A stretch of DNA of 64,000 nt from Eledone cirrhosa (Eukaryota). This document shows positions 50,450-64,000 of the stretch, piece by piece (position 1 is the stretch's first letter; each line of letters begins with the position of its first letter). The DNA lies in NCBI GenBank assembly GCA_964016885.1, contig OZ024742.1, positions 274,412,001 to 274,476,000 of the forward strand, given 5' to 3'. A program made the position numbers and the translations under genes. Below the pieces are notes generated by a model. It saw only the letters and a program-made list of their open reading frames with translations, made no database searches and was not told the origin of the DNA.

Positions 50450-52470
50450 ACTCGTTATGCTCCTATCCAGGAACATTCAGTGCAGAAAAAGTGCAATCCT
50501 GGTGGTGCCTGTAGGCCATGACGATACTGGATTTGAGTTTAACCAAATTATGTTTTGATTTTACTTCTTCCATGGCTTCCGCCACGCAGAGTTTGCAACG
50601 GCCATCGCCCACTGAATACGCAGCCCTGCATTGCATTACACTCCAGTGCAGCTTGAAGTCTACTGTCTTTTAACGTCCAGATTAAGTTCGCAAGAATACT
50701 GGAGTGACTCTTGGTTCAGTCCCTGAATGTGATGGTGTGGTTATACATCCTCGACTTAAACCTCTTGGATGCTGCATCGATATATTTGTGCATCATGTTT
50801 CGTTTTTCAACCACACATTTGTAAACGATGCTTTTTACCAAGCAATTGCCCTGGAGAGGGCATTGTGTCTTACTACGGCAGTTACATGTTCGGCTGTTAG
50901 GGTGCCTATTCCTAATTCGAGGGCTAGAACCCGCTGTGCCCTGTGTTACGCCTCCTCCGTGTCGGTCCGTTACCATATTGGAGACCACGATCGAGTTTGG
51001 TGTCGGTTGGATGCCCAAGTCACGTCTTGCGGTAGGCAGCGGCCGATTGGAGGATAGGTCACAGTCGCTACCAGTGTCAGTATTTAATCTCCCAACCACT
51101 CTTAACGAGATCTCCCGTTTGCTGTTGGCGACACTCGAAACTCCGCATTTTCATGGAATGGGTGCTAGCAATATAGTCACCTAAGTTGGGTGCAGTAGAA
51201 AATGAGAATTTCACAGAGTGCCAGTCGAACAGTTTGTGGTATTTATGGGTAATTGGGAAACACTCATCCAGTGCCCTGAAATATATCCCGCGTATGTTGG
51301 TCTGGTCCGTACGTGCTTAGAGTAAGACGCATTGAACCATGTAACGTTCTTCGATCCAATCCTAGCCTCTTCCTCTATGCATTGGTGGTATATGTATATT
51401 GTCGTGTTCTGTGCTGCTACTGTATTAGTCGTGTTATTTACATTCCTATTCTGAATATTGCTAGGTCTAACAGTCCAGTACGCGTTGTCGTGGTTATTGC
51501 CTATACAAGAGCGCGGAATATTAATGACATGATATTTATTCCTATTCGTATTAACTGTGTTATTAAAGTAGGATGTCCGCAGTTCCGGTGTTCCTGCGTT
51601 TTTTTTAAATCCGTACTGTCTCTCTGCCTTGTTTTTCCTTATGTGTTGGCCGTGCTGTGTCCCTATTTCTAATATTCCTATCTTCCGGTATGTTACTGAT
51701 GTGTTGCTCGTTTCGCGCCTTATGCGGCCTATCATCCTGGCGTGCCGTATTATATTCATCTGTCATGTTGTTATACCTATCCCTAGAACTGTGCCGGGGC
51801 CTGTCATTGCGTATTTATCGGTGGTTAATTTGCCTGCCGCTGCCTATACTGCTACTACTCGTGTACCTAGGTTCCTTGCGTCTAGGTCTGCCCATATCTG
51901 GAGTGTATTCAATGCCCTCTGAATAACCAAGCCTAGCCAGTGCCTGATTTTAATATTCGGCATGCTGTCTGAACAATTCCGCATTGGCCGACAAGGTAGA
52001 CATTTGGTTCGGAACCCCCTTAACTATAGAATTCATTATGGTCTTAGGGTGGTTCGTCTGTCTGTTTATGTACTGTAAACTTCCATTCGGTTTGTGATAG
52101 GTCCTGTAAACACCCGTGTCAAGCTCTAGGGTTACATCTAGGAAGTTTGCGGTCTTTATTTTGTGATCTATCTCTACCGTCAATCCGTACTGTTTAAATC
52201 AGAATCTAATACGTTTCCTATTTCTCTCTAGTTACTAGGGTTGAGTCTCCGGAAAGTAAAATGAGCATCGTCTCTATACAATCGATTCCGTCCCGGGAAT
52301 TTCCTCCAACAAATGTTGCAGGAGGAAAATTCCCGATATCTGCTTCATCTGTGTGGATTCGCTAGACCCCATAGGTATATCGAAACTGTTCATCTATCTC
52401 TACGCTCCCAGAGCCTACTATCGTACTGAATGAGTGATTTCCTGGCAGCTATAATTATATCCACCTCCCT
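50450..52470 (-). mobile_element. Naiad-like Penelope fragment (RT C-half, long linker, GIY-YIG)
   Basis: FDIPMG, LYRDDA, TANFLDVTLEL..YRTYHKPN, VTWFNASYS, CNCRSKTQCPLQGNCLVKSIVYKC, YID..FKSRMYNH, CKLC, CRH. Confidence 0.9.
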
Positions 52471-52742
52471 TCTCATGAGGTTAGATTTACACAGCATTCT
52501 CCCATGTGCTTAATCCAGGATTTGAGTTCATTGAGGTAGACGTTGATCCGGCTCTCAAAGTTGTCCAGTAATCCGTTATGTGGTGGATGCCTCCAAGATC
52601 TAAAAGCCCGTTTGAGGCGAGCGCCAGAGTGTTTGGCGTGAAGTATTTCTGTCATAGGGGAAAAGACGCCATCTCATGTGCATAACGAAAGAATTGGTAT
52701 GTTGAATGAGCAGGCGCATGTACCTGCTGTTAGAAGGGATCG

Positions 52743-52824
<82 letters not shown>
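52743..52824. repeat. (TAGA)n tetranucleotide microsatellite
   Basis: Directly visible. Confidence 0.98.
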
Positions 52825-54190
52825 TGTTTCTTTTATTTGCCACAAGGGCATCAAAAGTGGGACAAGTACAATGGGGGGAGTTTACAAAACAAGGCGTCCT
52901 CAATAGGGAGGAGGCAATAACAATATATAAAAATAAAATAAAATATAACAAAAAATAGAATTATAACAAAATCCTCAATAGAGGATTTTGTTATAAAATA
53001 TAACAAAAAATAAAATTTATAACAAAATCCTCAATAGAGAGGAGGCGCCTTGGGGGGTCGCACACACCCCCGAAAAAAGTGTGCAACCCTTTTCCTCAGG
53101 AGCACAGAGAGGGGGGGCTCCCTCGTTCCTTCCTCTTTTCCCCCTACAGGCTCATGTAAAGAGAAGGCCCATTCACACGGGCCATTCTCGCCACTTTCAC
53201 CCACCTTTCATAAAAACGACTGGGGTGCAGCACCTCTCTCTCCATCCTGATCCTTCTTCCGAAATGATATCGGAAGAAACGGACCAGTTGTTGGCCAGAG
53301 AGAAAGGTGCCTGACCTCAGTCCTTTCAGACGCGTCCACCATACAACCTCTTTCGCCATGGCTATTACGCACAGAAACACCGCCTCTGCTTCATCTTTGA
53401 AGGGGGGAGGCGGCTTGATCATTACAATAGACTCGGTGGTCAACCGGATCGGTCCCACTCTTGACAGCAGTTGTTCGACATAGCCCCACAGATCGGCTAC
53501 GCCCGAGCAGTGTACCAATGCGTGTGCAACGGTTTCCTCGTCGCACACGCATCTGGGACAGATCTTTTTGGCGGGGTCCCTACCCGGGCGCCCGTGTCTG
53601 TAGAGCCTTTCTCGAACGGGTAAAGCTCCTCGGTAGCACTGCCAGGCCAGGGACTTCTGGAAGTTGTCCATAGGTCCCGGGCTGAATGTCCTACCGAACA
53701 GGCCGGCCAGTTCGTCCTCCTCCATGTCTAGGGCTTCTCCGAGGGCGTCGTCGCACCTGCTGCGTACCAGCCCTCTATAGAATGTTGCGGTGGAGTCTCC
53801 ACTGATAACCGGATCCGCCTGCCAGAGGGCGGCGGGCGCCTGGGCACACTCAGTGTGCCAGGCGCCCAGATTTCTCGGTCTTTGCTTGACCCAGGATTGC
53901 AGCTCGATGAGTGAGACGAGTCTGGGAAAGGTTCGTCTCACAAACGAGGCCCACACCGGTTGTCCGGTGAGGAATACGTAGAGGTGCCGTAGCCTTAATG
54001 CGTGTTTACGCATCATTAGCCACGGCATCCCCAGCCCTCCTTTCGAAGGGTGTTGACAGCAGATGGATTTCCTCACCATAGGAGCCCGCCTCTTCCAAAG
54101 GAATTGGAAGAGCGCGCGCTCCATCTTGGTGAGGATTTCCCTTGGGCAGGGCACTACGGTCAGGCGGTAGTAGATGACGGACGCTATATA
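52825..54190 (-). mobile_element. Tx1/L1-clade LINE 3' fragment with intact ORF2 C-terminus (53144-~54190)
   Basis: Open frame with FQFLWK...KGGLGMP, CPRC..DEETVAHALVHC (zf-RVT); 3'UTR ends with AATAAAAGAAAC. Confidence 0.92.
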
Positions 54191-55227
54191 TAGATAGATC
54201 ATTGATTTAATACCAGCTATCTACGTTAATTTCATAGTGTATTATACTCCTAACTGCGCTGATCGGAATCTCCTGTACACGGTTAGACTTTTCAATATTT
54301 CTTGTTTATATTTCCTAAAGTAACATTTTGACTATTGAATGTTCGATTTTGTATCACGAATGAGCTATTATTTGCTGAAAACCTCGTTATGTTTATATGT
54401 GTATATGCAGCTAGCTTGTCGAGTGCTTTGTTTGGCGCGAATTCCTTTGTTTGAATTCAACCGCCAAAACACATATTTTAGTCTAGACTAGATTCCTTCC
54501 TATTTCCCATTAGAGGCTGTGTGTCAGAATGGCTAGAACTACTTGTTTCCCTGTCCAGTGGTAACGGATACCCAACAATGTATAGACCTATCTTATGACT
54601 TGGGCAACCTGCTGATAAGTGTAACAGCCTGTTTACGTAAATATCGGCTGATATGTAATTTTCCGAAAATTGATGATCTTATATCTGCATTTGTGAAGAT
54701 ATTGCACAAAAACGATATCGTCCAGTAGTTCAGAATTTTACCTTTCTCTCTATCAAAACACAGCCACTGTATCTGATATTCACTAAATGTGTGCACTATG
54801 AACAGCTGATTGCAACTGCATTACTGAAATTCGGCAGATTCATTGAGCGACCTAGACATTGGCCGGAGATCGTTGATATAACACCAGTGATCTTCGTTAA
54901 TTTTATTATATATATATATATATGTATATTTTTTTCTTTAAAAAAATCTCATATTGAAAAAGAGAAATAGTTGACGACACCCGTACTTTCAAACATTCGA
55001 TCACTGAAGAGAAGAAAAACCCTCAGAGGTACACTAACATTTCATTAATTTTCCCCTTCTCCACTCCAATGTATATGTGAACTTAAACACTTGAGTAGAT
55101 ATGTGTAGATATATGTGTGTACAAGTGTATATGTATGAGTGCATATGTCTGTGTGTGTGTATATATGTGTATGTAAGCACGTGCGTGTATGATATATATA
55201 TATATATATGTATGTGTTTATATGTAT

Positions 55228-55269
<42 letters not shown>

Positions 55270-55288
55270 GGGAGTATGCATGCGCATG

Positions 55289-55351
<63 letters not shown>

Positions 55352-56168
55352 GTGTATATATGTGTGTATATGTATATATATGCGTAAGCATGTGTTTGTA
55401 TATATGTGTATGCATGTGTGTGTATATATGTGTATATGTGTGTATATATATGTATGTGTATATATGTGTGTGTATGTATGTAATATATATGGACTGTAAA
55501 TATATTGACATATAGGGAAGTGAATATGTGAGCTAGCATGCCCCACCCCTTCACACTTCCTCTCCCAAACCAATATAAACAACATACATTTCTGACAAAT
55601 GTTCCCAAACTATCCTTTTTATCTCTTTTTACTGTCATCCTATTCTTATCAAAAGACATGTATCTTACACCTCATTAAAACCCACCACCACCAGACACGC
55701 ACCTAAATTCATCTTTGATATAGAAATGTGTAGAAGATTTATAAATTTAAGAGAGTTGATTCAGCTATAAGAAACGAATTTGAAACACAGCCTCCCATTA
55801 TATATTCATCAGAGGTCATCTATTGAAATAAAACCAGCAGGTGGTGATTTTTACAAAGACTTTCTTAGACACCCTTATCTTGATCTCAACCTCACCATTT
55901 TCTAAGTGTATATATGTATGTGTATGCGTGGCGGGTGTATGCTTTAATTCCTTCAAATCTTCATCAACACTCATTAAGACCGATCTCCCAGATACATCCA
56001 AATCTCCCTTATATATAGAGTCAACAAAGTTAACCAGGAATCTTTAAAATTCTTCCCACCGAATTTAACAAAAACTTACTAGATCTACCAACTCATAATA
56101 TTATAATATTATAAAATTAAATCAAATTATATAGCACAACAAGTGAAGTCATTGTATTCCTTTTTTTT

Positions 56169-56240
<72 letters not shown>

Positions 56241-56244
56241 TTTT

Positions 56245-56315
56245 AATATAGAAGAGCTTCTACAGGACTAGAACTGTTTCATTCGTGAGAAATCATCAGG
56301 AAGCTCCTCTATATT
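56245..56315 (-). ncRNA. Full type-I hammerhead ribozyme with 16-bp stem I
   Basis: AATATAGAGGAGCTTC-CTGATGA-tTTC tcac GAAt-GAAA-CAG ttctagtc CTG-TA-GAAGCTCTTCTATATT. Confidence 0.9.
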
Positions 56316-56542
56316 TAACATTTATACTCTGCTATGTATTGATTACCTTACTTACTGTGGTTACCTCCGACTCAACCCGGAATAAGGATTGGTTCTCTCA
56401 ACTAACAAATAAAAATAGGTAAAGTTTCATACAATTTAACATAAATGCATATTACACATCAAACTCACCTAATTCCATAAATAAAGCCGTAATTATGGCT
56501 AAATCTGCTAATAGTCGTAATGGAGAAGAAATTGATAATTAT

Positions 56543-58110
56543 CACCGTGTAACATATTTTTTGTTCCCCGGTCTTAAGTGTCATTTCATGGTTTGTTATA
56601 TCCCATTATTATTTAAAAAAACACAGGGCGGTGGATTGGCAGTATCGGTAGAGGGTCGGACGCCATGCTTTGACGCATAGAGTTACGGTCCTTGCCATTC
56701 TGAGTTCAAATCCCGCCGAGGTTAACTTTGCCTTTCATCCTTTCGGGGTCGATAAAATAAAGTACCAGTAATGCACTGGGTAATTGCTGGCCTTGTGCCA
56801 AATGTAGAAACAATTATTTAAAAAAACACTATTATTTAATCAGAAGTTTGGGTTTGTGGTCAGGAGTTTGATATTTCGAAATATTCATATTTTTTAAGAG
56901 AAAACACATTTTTTTTAAATTTATCAGTTCATATAATTAAATCAACAGAGTATATATTTATTTTATTGCACAAGCTTATCAAAAGCAAACAAGTAAAAAC
57001 AAATAACACTTATAAAGCAACTTATACACGTCAGAAATGACTGGATTTCCTGGATTTGCGGTTGTAGTCCAGGTCGCATTCCCGCACTAGCCCCCAGCTA
57101 TAGTCCCCCATCATTTATTCATTGTAGTGATCTATCTCTTTCACATCCTGGTGGAATCGTTCGCCTTGTTCTCCTGAGTAGGTGCCCATATTATCCTTGA
57201 ATTTTTCCAGGTGAGCGTCCAGCATATGGAGTTTAAGCGACATCCTGCATCCCATGGCGCCAAAATCCTTTATCAGATCCTGCACCAGTTGCTGGTAGTT
57301 TTCAGCTCTGTAGTTGCCCAGGAAGCCCTTAACAACTGCCTTGAAACAGTTCCATGCTGTTCTCTTAATCCTATTGAGCTTATTGGAGAACTCGGTAGAC
57401 TCAAACACCTTCTTTATCTGAGGTCCAACAAAATTCCACCTTTGATTTTGGCCTCAGATAATTTGTGGAAGAACTCAAGAAGGTACTTAAAAGCGGCTGA
57501 TTCTTGGTTGAGAGCCTTCACAAACTGCTTCATCAACCCCAACTTAATGTGCAGTGGCGGCATGAGCACAATCCTGAGATCAATTAGTGACTCCCACATG
57601 GCGTTCTGGGTCCCAACTACAAATTCTGTTCGCTGATCCCTGTTCTTTCTTTTGTAGTGGTCAGAGGTGGCTCTGCTGTCCCAAAGGCAGAGGGAGCATT
57701 GGAATTTGATAAAGCCTCCTTGGAGTCCAAGCAGGAAAGCCACCATCTTGAAGTCTCCAATGATTTGCCAATTGTACTGGTTGTATTGCAGAGCTTCCAA
57801 GAGGACTTTCACACTGTAGTAATCTTCCTTCAGGCAGACTGAATGAGCTAGGTGCAGTGTCGGGAACTTGTTTCCATTGTGGAGGAGGACAGCCTTCAAA
57901 CTTTGGTGGAGCTCTCTATAAATAGCCGCCACTCCTTGGGCATAAACGGCACCCCAATAACGTCAAACCGTCCAGGCACGACATGGCAGAAGCAGAGGCC
58001 ATCCCTAAGAGTGTAAAAGCCTGAGAAAGTTTCGTGTCGATTTTTCTGACGTGTCACCTGCACTTCCTTCTTGACCAAGTTCCACTGCTGCATCCTGGAG
58101 ACGAATGCTT
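56543..58110 (-). mobile_element. Chapaev3-like (CMC) DNA transposon, 5'-truncated; frameshifted transposase ~57030-58100
   Basis: WRLFIESS..SLKAVLLHNGN, GDFKMVAFLLGLQGGF..C.LCLWDSR, PPLHIKLGLMKQFVKAL, KLHML..HL, EQGERFHQD. Candidate terminus CACCGTGTAACATATTTT at 56543. Confidence 0.82.
56626..56812 (+). mobile_element. tRNA-derived SINE, full length, inserted in the Chapaev-like element
   Basis: A box TGGCAGTATCGG, B box GAGTTCAAATC, core catcctttcggggtcgataaaataaagtaccag; TSD attatttaaaaaaacac. Confidence 0.93.
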
Positions 58111-58599
58111 AAAACACAACTTACCCTTTATTCAAGGTGCGAAAGTCTTGTATCAATAAATCTCTTTAATCCACTTTTTAACAATTTTATACTTTATTGC
58201 ACTTTTATAATTGTCTTTAGGTATTAATCTTTATTTTATAATTTTAATTTAACCTGAAACATATATTAAAAAATCATTTAACATAAGCAAATTAAACTTA
58301 CATTCAACGTAAAATCCAGCATACAAATAATTCTAGTGAATAGCTTAGAATTTTTACAAACCCAAAATTTTAACTGTTTAATATCACTTTTTTATTTATT
58401 TGGGACCTAAGCAACACAAAAAAAGTGATTACAAGCCAGGAACAGAGAACAAAATTATTGTTGTTACCAGTTAGGAAGATGATATTACATTTTGACGGTA
58501 ACCTCTGGACCTGTAAGAAACGCCTCAACAACTTCGACATAACTATGTGTTTAAGTGACATGTTATTTATTTGATAGTCATTTTCGCTCTGATTTATCT

Positions 58600-58970
58600 G
58601 AAAGGATGCTTCCCACATCGCGAAGTGTGTTTATATCAAGTAGATGCTCTCTTTGTTATGTAAACATAGAAAACAGGAAAAAATCGTCTATATATATCTT
58701 CTTCAAAGAATGTAGCTTAAGTTTATCTAGAGACAGAAATTGTAAGACTGTCAACGTTTTAGACGTTAACCTAAACTTATTGTCAGGACTCTATGTGATC
58801 TACCATAAACCAGGCAAACGGTTACTTTATATGAATTTAAAGTATAATCGTCCCAAAATCTGCACTTTGATATATTGTATGCGGTGTTTCTATCCGTTTA
58901 TCCAGACTGTCCTCTAATATAGAAATATTTAATAAAAGTACTCTGTACTATAATGAAGCACTAACGTTAT
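58600..58970 (+). mobile_element. Old Penelope RT7/thumb fragment
   Basis: KTVNVLDVNLNLLSGLYVIYHKPGKRLLYMN..NRP. Confidence 0.7.
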
Positions 58971-59279
58971 AAGGATAAATTATTATCAGGTTATAAGGGT
59001 AAATTATAATCCTTAGGGAAACCTAATGGCCACCCGAATAGGAATAGCAATATTATTTCTTATAACATGACTATAAGGACGCCTGAAACGATTTTCCAGA
59101 ATATAGGCGGATGGAACACTGGGCCTGCTCCTGAAAAAGTCTCAATTTGTATTACTGCACATACTGGGAACACCTTTATTAGATATAAGGATAATGAATG
59201 AATTAATGAGTGAATGGCGAATTTTTTTCTGGTAAAGATCAGTGGGAAGAATTGTTATCCTGTTCCGTGCGGTGGCACA

Positions 59280-59442
59280 CTAGGAGATCATTGTAAAAGT
59301 CAATCCTGGACCTACTGCGGCAAGTGTGTGCTTGGTCAGTTGGGAGTTTGGTTGCGGACAGCTTTCTTCTTTCATCTATGTCTTCAGCTGTCGCCTTCCA
59401 GTCCTCCTCACATCTGGCTGCAGTTGTTTTGATGGTCGCTCC

Positions 59443-59503
<61 letters not shown>

Positions 59504-60790
59504 GTAGGTGTTCCCATTTCCTGTGATCAATATTGCCTTTGACCTGTTGGCACTTGCGTTGGTCCTTATAGCGTTTCTGGGAAACCCCTTAGTGTCGCTT
59601 GCCTTGACGTATTTCGCCGTAGAAAACTGCCTTTGGCATCCCAAAGTCGTTCATTCGTGAAACATAACTTGACCAGCAGAATTCTCTCAGCTTCAGCATG
59701 CTGTCAATATTTGTGATATCGGCCCTCTTGAGAAGTTCCTCGTTTGTCACACTGTCCTGCGAACGGATACCCATGATGGAGCAAAGACATCACTGATTGA
59801 ATCTTTCCCGTAGCTTGATCTGCGACCAGTACAAGACCCGGCTTTCAGCCCCATAAATGAGTATAGTGATTTTAACAGCTCTGTAGCCACTGATCTTTGT
59901 GGTAAGACGTAAAGAGTGGTTTTGCCACATGCGTTTCTGCAAGTGTCCGATAAGCTGCTGGCCTTGGAAATGCGGTTGTCAATGTCCTTTGCTGAGGCAA
60001 CATTGTTGGTAATGACGCCTCCTAAGTATGTGAAATGCTCCACTGCATTGAGGGGGTGTCCATCAATTTTAATCTGCGGAGGGTGGTATTCTTCAATTGG
60101 TAGCTTCTGGGACATGACTTCAGATTCACGCCATTGTCGATGGGGAGTTAAGACTACCATTATGCTTCACCTGTTCCCGGTGTCCTGTGTGGATTTGCTG
60201 CAACATGGTTAGTAATTTTGGCGGACATCCACATCTTCTGAGAATCTCCCACAATCCATACCTTCTGATGTATCATATGCTTTCGTCAGTCAATGAAGGC
60301 AGCGTACATAGCCCTATTATGTTCTCTACAGTTTTCTTGGATCTGGCGGAGAACAAAGTCATGTCTGTGGTGCCACGGTTTGCGAGGAAATTTCATTGGC
60401 TTTCTGGGAGGGCATCCTCTGCAATGACTCGATGAGTCAATTGAGCAGGACAAGAACTAGAATTTTGCCGGCGGTTGAGAGTAATGTAATACCACAGTAG
60501 TTTGAGCAGTCTGATTTTAGGCATTTGTTCTCGTACTGGGATGTGATCACGGCATTTCAAAGATCTGCTGGTGCATCTCTCTTTCACCAGCACTGTACAA
60601 AAAGGTCCGTGAGCTTCTCAAGGAGTGAGCCACTGCCATAATTATACACCTCAGCGGGAATACTGTTAACACCCTGTGTTGTTTAAGGCTGGTAACTGCA
60701 GTCGTTACTTCCTCTATGGTGGCTGGTGCATCCAGCTCACGTTTGAGTTGTTGCTGTGAGATGTTGTTGATCAATGTGTAGCCTCTCGCT
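59280..60790 (-). mobile_element. Degenerate RTE-clade LINE (RT to C-terminus), interrupted by (CT)n at ~59446-59500
   Basis: IPAEVY, GITL..AGKIL, LPESQ..F..NRGTTDM, YAAFID.TKAYD, VEHFTYLG, DIDNRISKAS, MPKAVFYGE. Confidence 0.88.
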
Positions 60791-61982
60791 TAATTTCCAG
60801 TAACAATTGAAACATAGATAATTATAGAAATGATTCTAATGTTGGTGGTGGCATGGATAACCGTGAACGAATAACTAACGTCGTAGATATCATTAGTAAT
60901 TACATGAATAATAATAATGATATGAGTAATAATAAATTTAATATAAGTAAATAATAATCGTAATAATTTAACCACGAACTCACAGAACTCTCCAATTAAT
61001 TGTATTTGTAGAACCCTATCTGCTTGTCCTCTTAGTTGTGGATGCTTATTGAAAACCATGCTTTACCAATGTATGATTTCTCTCTAAAATGATTGTAAGT
61101 TCCACATAGTATCCACATCTAATATATAATATCTAAGTCCAGATATTATATATTAATCGCCAATCATTTAGGGTAAAAAGAAACGTAGTGCCTCAACTTT
61201 ATTGGCTAGGTGTATATGAGAATTAAATTTTAAAAAGATCCTCTTACTCCATAAACTGGAAGGTCCTAAAAGTCACCCAATCATACCACCCTAACCGACG
61301 AATAAGAGGCGTAACTTGTGCCTTATTGTGTGCCTTTGCATATTAAAATAAAGACATGAAATTCTAATAGGAAATGTGCGATTCGCTCGACTTGCCCACA
61401 TAGAAACTTCTACTGGTTTTATTATAATGGGAATTAAGTCAAAGAGGAAACGATATCCTAGATCCTCGATAGATTTTATTTATAATTGACGTCTAAATAT
61501 TCGAGATATCCTATATTTTATATCTCCCTCTGTTTCCTAATACGTATCATGTTTTTTGAATTAGCTTATAAACAGGATTGAACCAACGATATGCCAGTCT
61601 GAATTTTACTTCAATCTGGATTTTAGATTATGGAGTCTCATTCTATCGAGAGTGAACCTTGAGCATTATTCCTATGGTGGCTACTGTATATATCTTATGT
61701 GTTCCTCTTTCTGACATCCGTCATACCAAAATTAATTGATCAGATTTTACCACCCTAGAAGTTGCAAAAATTTCTAGTGAAATGAACATGCTTCACCTCT
61801 AGTTATTTCCTACCTAAGTGACCTTTCGCAATAGGGATAACATCTGTCTCTCCTCTGACTATTGTAAGCATGGTCTATTAACCCCTAAAAACACATCGTT
61901 CTATGAAGCCTTGACTCTAAATGTATAATGGCATGAACACTTCAACACAGGGGTGATAAGCCTGGCTCTCTGCTTATTTCTC

Positions 61983-62095
61983 TACCCCGTAAGGATGAAA
62001 AGCAAAGTTAACCTCGGTGAGATTTGAACCCAGACTTTAAAGGGCCGTAACTCTATGCTGAAAAGTATGACGTCCGATGCTCTGCCGATACTATT
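61983..62095 (-). mobile_element. Diverged tRNA-derived SINE fragment
   Basis: accccgtaaggatgaaaagcaaagttaacctcggtgagatttgaacccag matches the SINE reverse complement. Confidence 0.8.
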
Positions 62096-63011
62096 GATAC
62101 TTGTGTCTCCCTGTTAGATATGTTTTGTATTGTTGGAAGTCATCATATGAGGAAAACATTTTAAAACTAAAATTCTTTTGACATCTTTCTTTTCCATTTC
62201 TATTTATATATATATATATATATTAATAGGCCTTCCTCTTCCTTTTTTCCCGGTCAATATGCAAACTCTTATTCTCATGTAATTTTTAATTATATGTCTG
62301 CTAATGTATGGATGTAAAGACGTAATATATTTTGATGTACTGTTTTTAATACCGCTTCTGAGTGCTCCAATATATGTATTAGAGCACTCTCCTTTCTCCA
62401 TACATATATGGCTACACCCATACATGTATTACAAAGAAAGGAGGGAATCATATTATAGTGTTAAGGCAAACCCAACATAGCAATTAAGCCATATATGTTC
62501 AACTATTGGACTGCAATAAGTCAGTGGTTTTAACTAGTTCAAGAGTTAACTGATGTACCATACATTACAATCACAATTATAACATGACGTTGCCCGTGGA
62601 CCTAGTATAAAGAGTAAATCCTAAAATGTTTACCTATTGTTCTATCCTAAATACTTCTTAAGGCTTCAATATTTCGCCTGTGCCTTAACTACTACTTATT
62701 ATTGTTAAGGTCTGGCATCAAAAATATTATATCCTGTTATTAATGGCATTCGGGGGATTATTCCATTTGGAATGCTACATATGGAAATGTGGATGTACAG
62801 CTTATGACATAGCCAGTCCAACTTGGTTAGTATATGTATTAAACATAGTATTAGGTAAGATGAAGTTTTCTAAATTTTCACATCGCAATGAGTAACAATT
62901 TGGTGGTGTATTATGGGTATATATGGATATATATTATTCCTGCTGATTTAATAATGTAAAAGTTAAATTCACACTAAGATAGTTTTTTGTTTGATGTGGG
63001 TTGTAATATAT

Positions 63012-64000
63012 TGATTTCTTTATTAGCCACAAGGGCGCAACAAGAAAGGGGACAATACAAAGACATGCCGGGGATTTTACATACAGTCGTGTAAAAAAAT
63101 ATAAAAACAAACAAACAATTTCAACAATCGAAATCCCCAATAGGGGGGAGGCGCCACAAATGGGTTGTTTAATACCCTGTCGATAGAACAACCCTCAACT
63201 CGAGGAGCGTGTTGTGCAAGTGCTCCTTTCTTCCTTTTGCTCTCTTCCTCAACCTACAGGCTTATAAACAGAGAAGGCCCAATCACTCGGGCCATTTTCG
63301 CTTCATTCACCCACCTTTCAGTAAATTTACTGGGGTGCAGTGCCTCTCTCTCCACCCTGATTCTCCTTCTAAAGTGATACTTAAAGAAGGGAATCAATTG
63401 TTGTCCGGAGAGAAAGGCATCTGTCCTCAGTCCTCTCAACCTCGTCCACCATATAACTTCTTTCACCATAGCCACCGTACAGAGGAAAACCGCCTCTCTT
63501 TCGTTTTTGAAAGAGTCTGGCGGTTTGATCCTTACTATGGACTCGGAAGTCAACTGTATTTGTCCCATACGCGACAGCAGTTGTTCTGCATAGTTCCACA
63601 GGTCGCTTACGCCCGGGCAGTGTACAATTGCGTGCAGAACCGTTTCAATGTCCTGCGCACATCTTGGACACGTCCTCTTGGAAGGATCCCTGCCAGGGCG
63701 TCCGTGCCTGTAGACCTTGTCACGAACCGGTAGAGCTCCTCGGTAGCACTGCCAGGCCAGGGACCTCTGGAAGTTGTCCATAGGTCCCGGGCGGAAAGTC
63801 CTACCAAACATACTGGTGAGCTCATCGTCTTCGACGCCCAGAGTCTCTCCGAGCACGTCGTCGCCCTTGTAACGTACAATCCCTCTATAGAATGTCGAAG
63901 TGGAGTCTCCACTGATTGCTGCGCCCGCTTGCCAGAGGACTGTGAGCGCCTGAGCGCATTCAATGTGCCAGGCGCCCATCGTTTTCGGTCTTTTCTTCAC
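63012..64000 (-). mobile_element. Tx1/L1-clade LINE 3' end; ORF2 C-terminus open to the window edge (stop at 63254)
   Basis: Paralogue of 53144-54202 (PGPMDNFQRSLAWQCYRGALPVR, CPRC..ETVLHAIVHC); AATAAA near the end. Confidence 0.92.

Noticed and set aside
56626-56720. tRNA gene
   Set aside because: A and B boxes are present but there is no cloverleaf; this is the tRNA-derived head of a multi-copy SINE with TSDs.

Overview
AT-rich, microsatellite-dense animal DNA. It is most likely cephalopod (octopod), judging from the SINE and repeat content; that assignment is an inference. I found no host protein-coding gene. The window is a nested transposon landscape: Tx1/L1-like LINEs (one split by a hAT-like DNA transposon with an 8-bp TSD), RTE LINEs (one with an intact RT and three C2H2 fingers), several Penelope-like (PLE) RT/GIY-YIG remnants, a Helitron RepHel remnant, a Chapaev-like transposase and seven copies of a tRNA-derived SINE. 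The main hidden signal is non-coding. I count 25 type-I hammerhead ribozyme (HHR) motifs by eye, from roughly ten sequence families. They sit in PLE pseudo-LTRs and in ORF-less 314-493 bp tandem-plus-inverted units embedded in (TA)n tracts, which look like retrozyme-type non-autonomous elements. Homologous families show compensatory stem changes, and one copy carries a U3:A8 core covariant. Most short ORFs in the track are microsatellite artefacts. Coordinates were read by eye and element boundaries are approximate.
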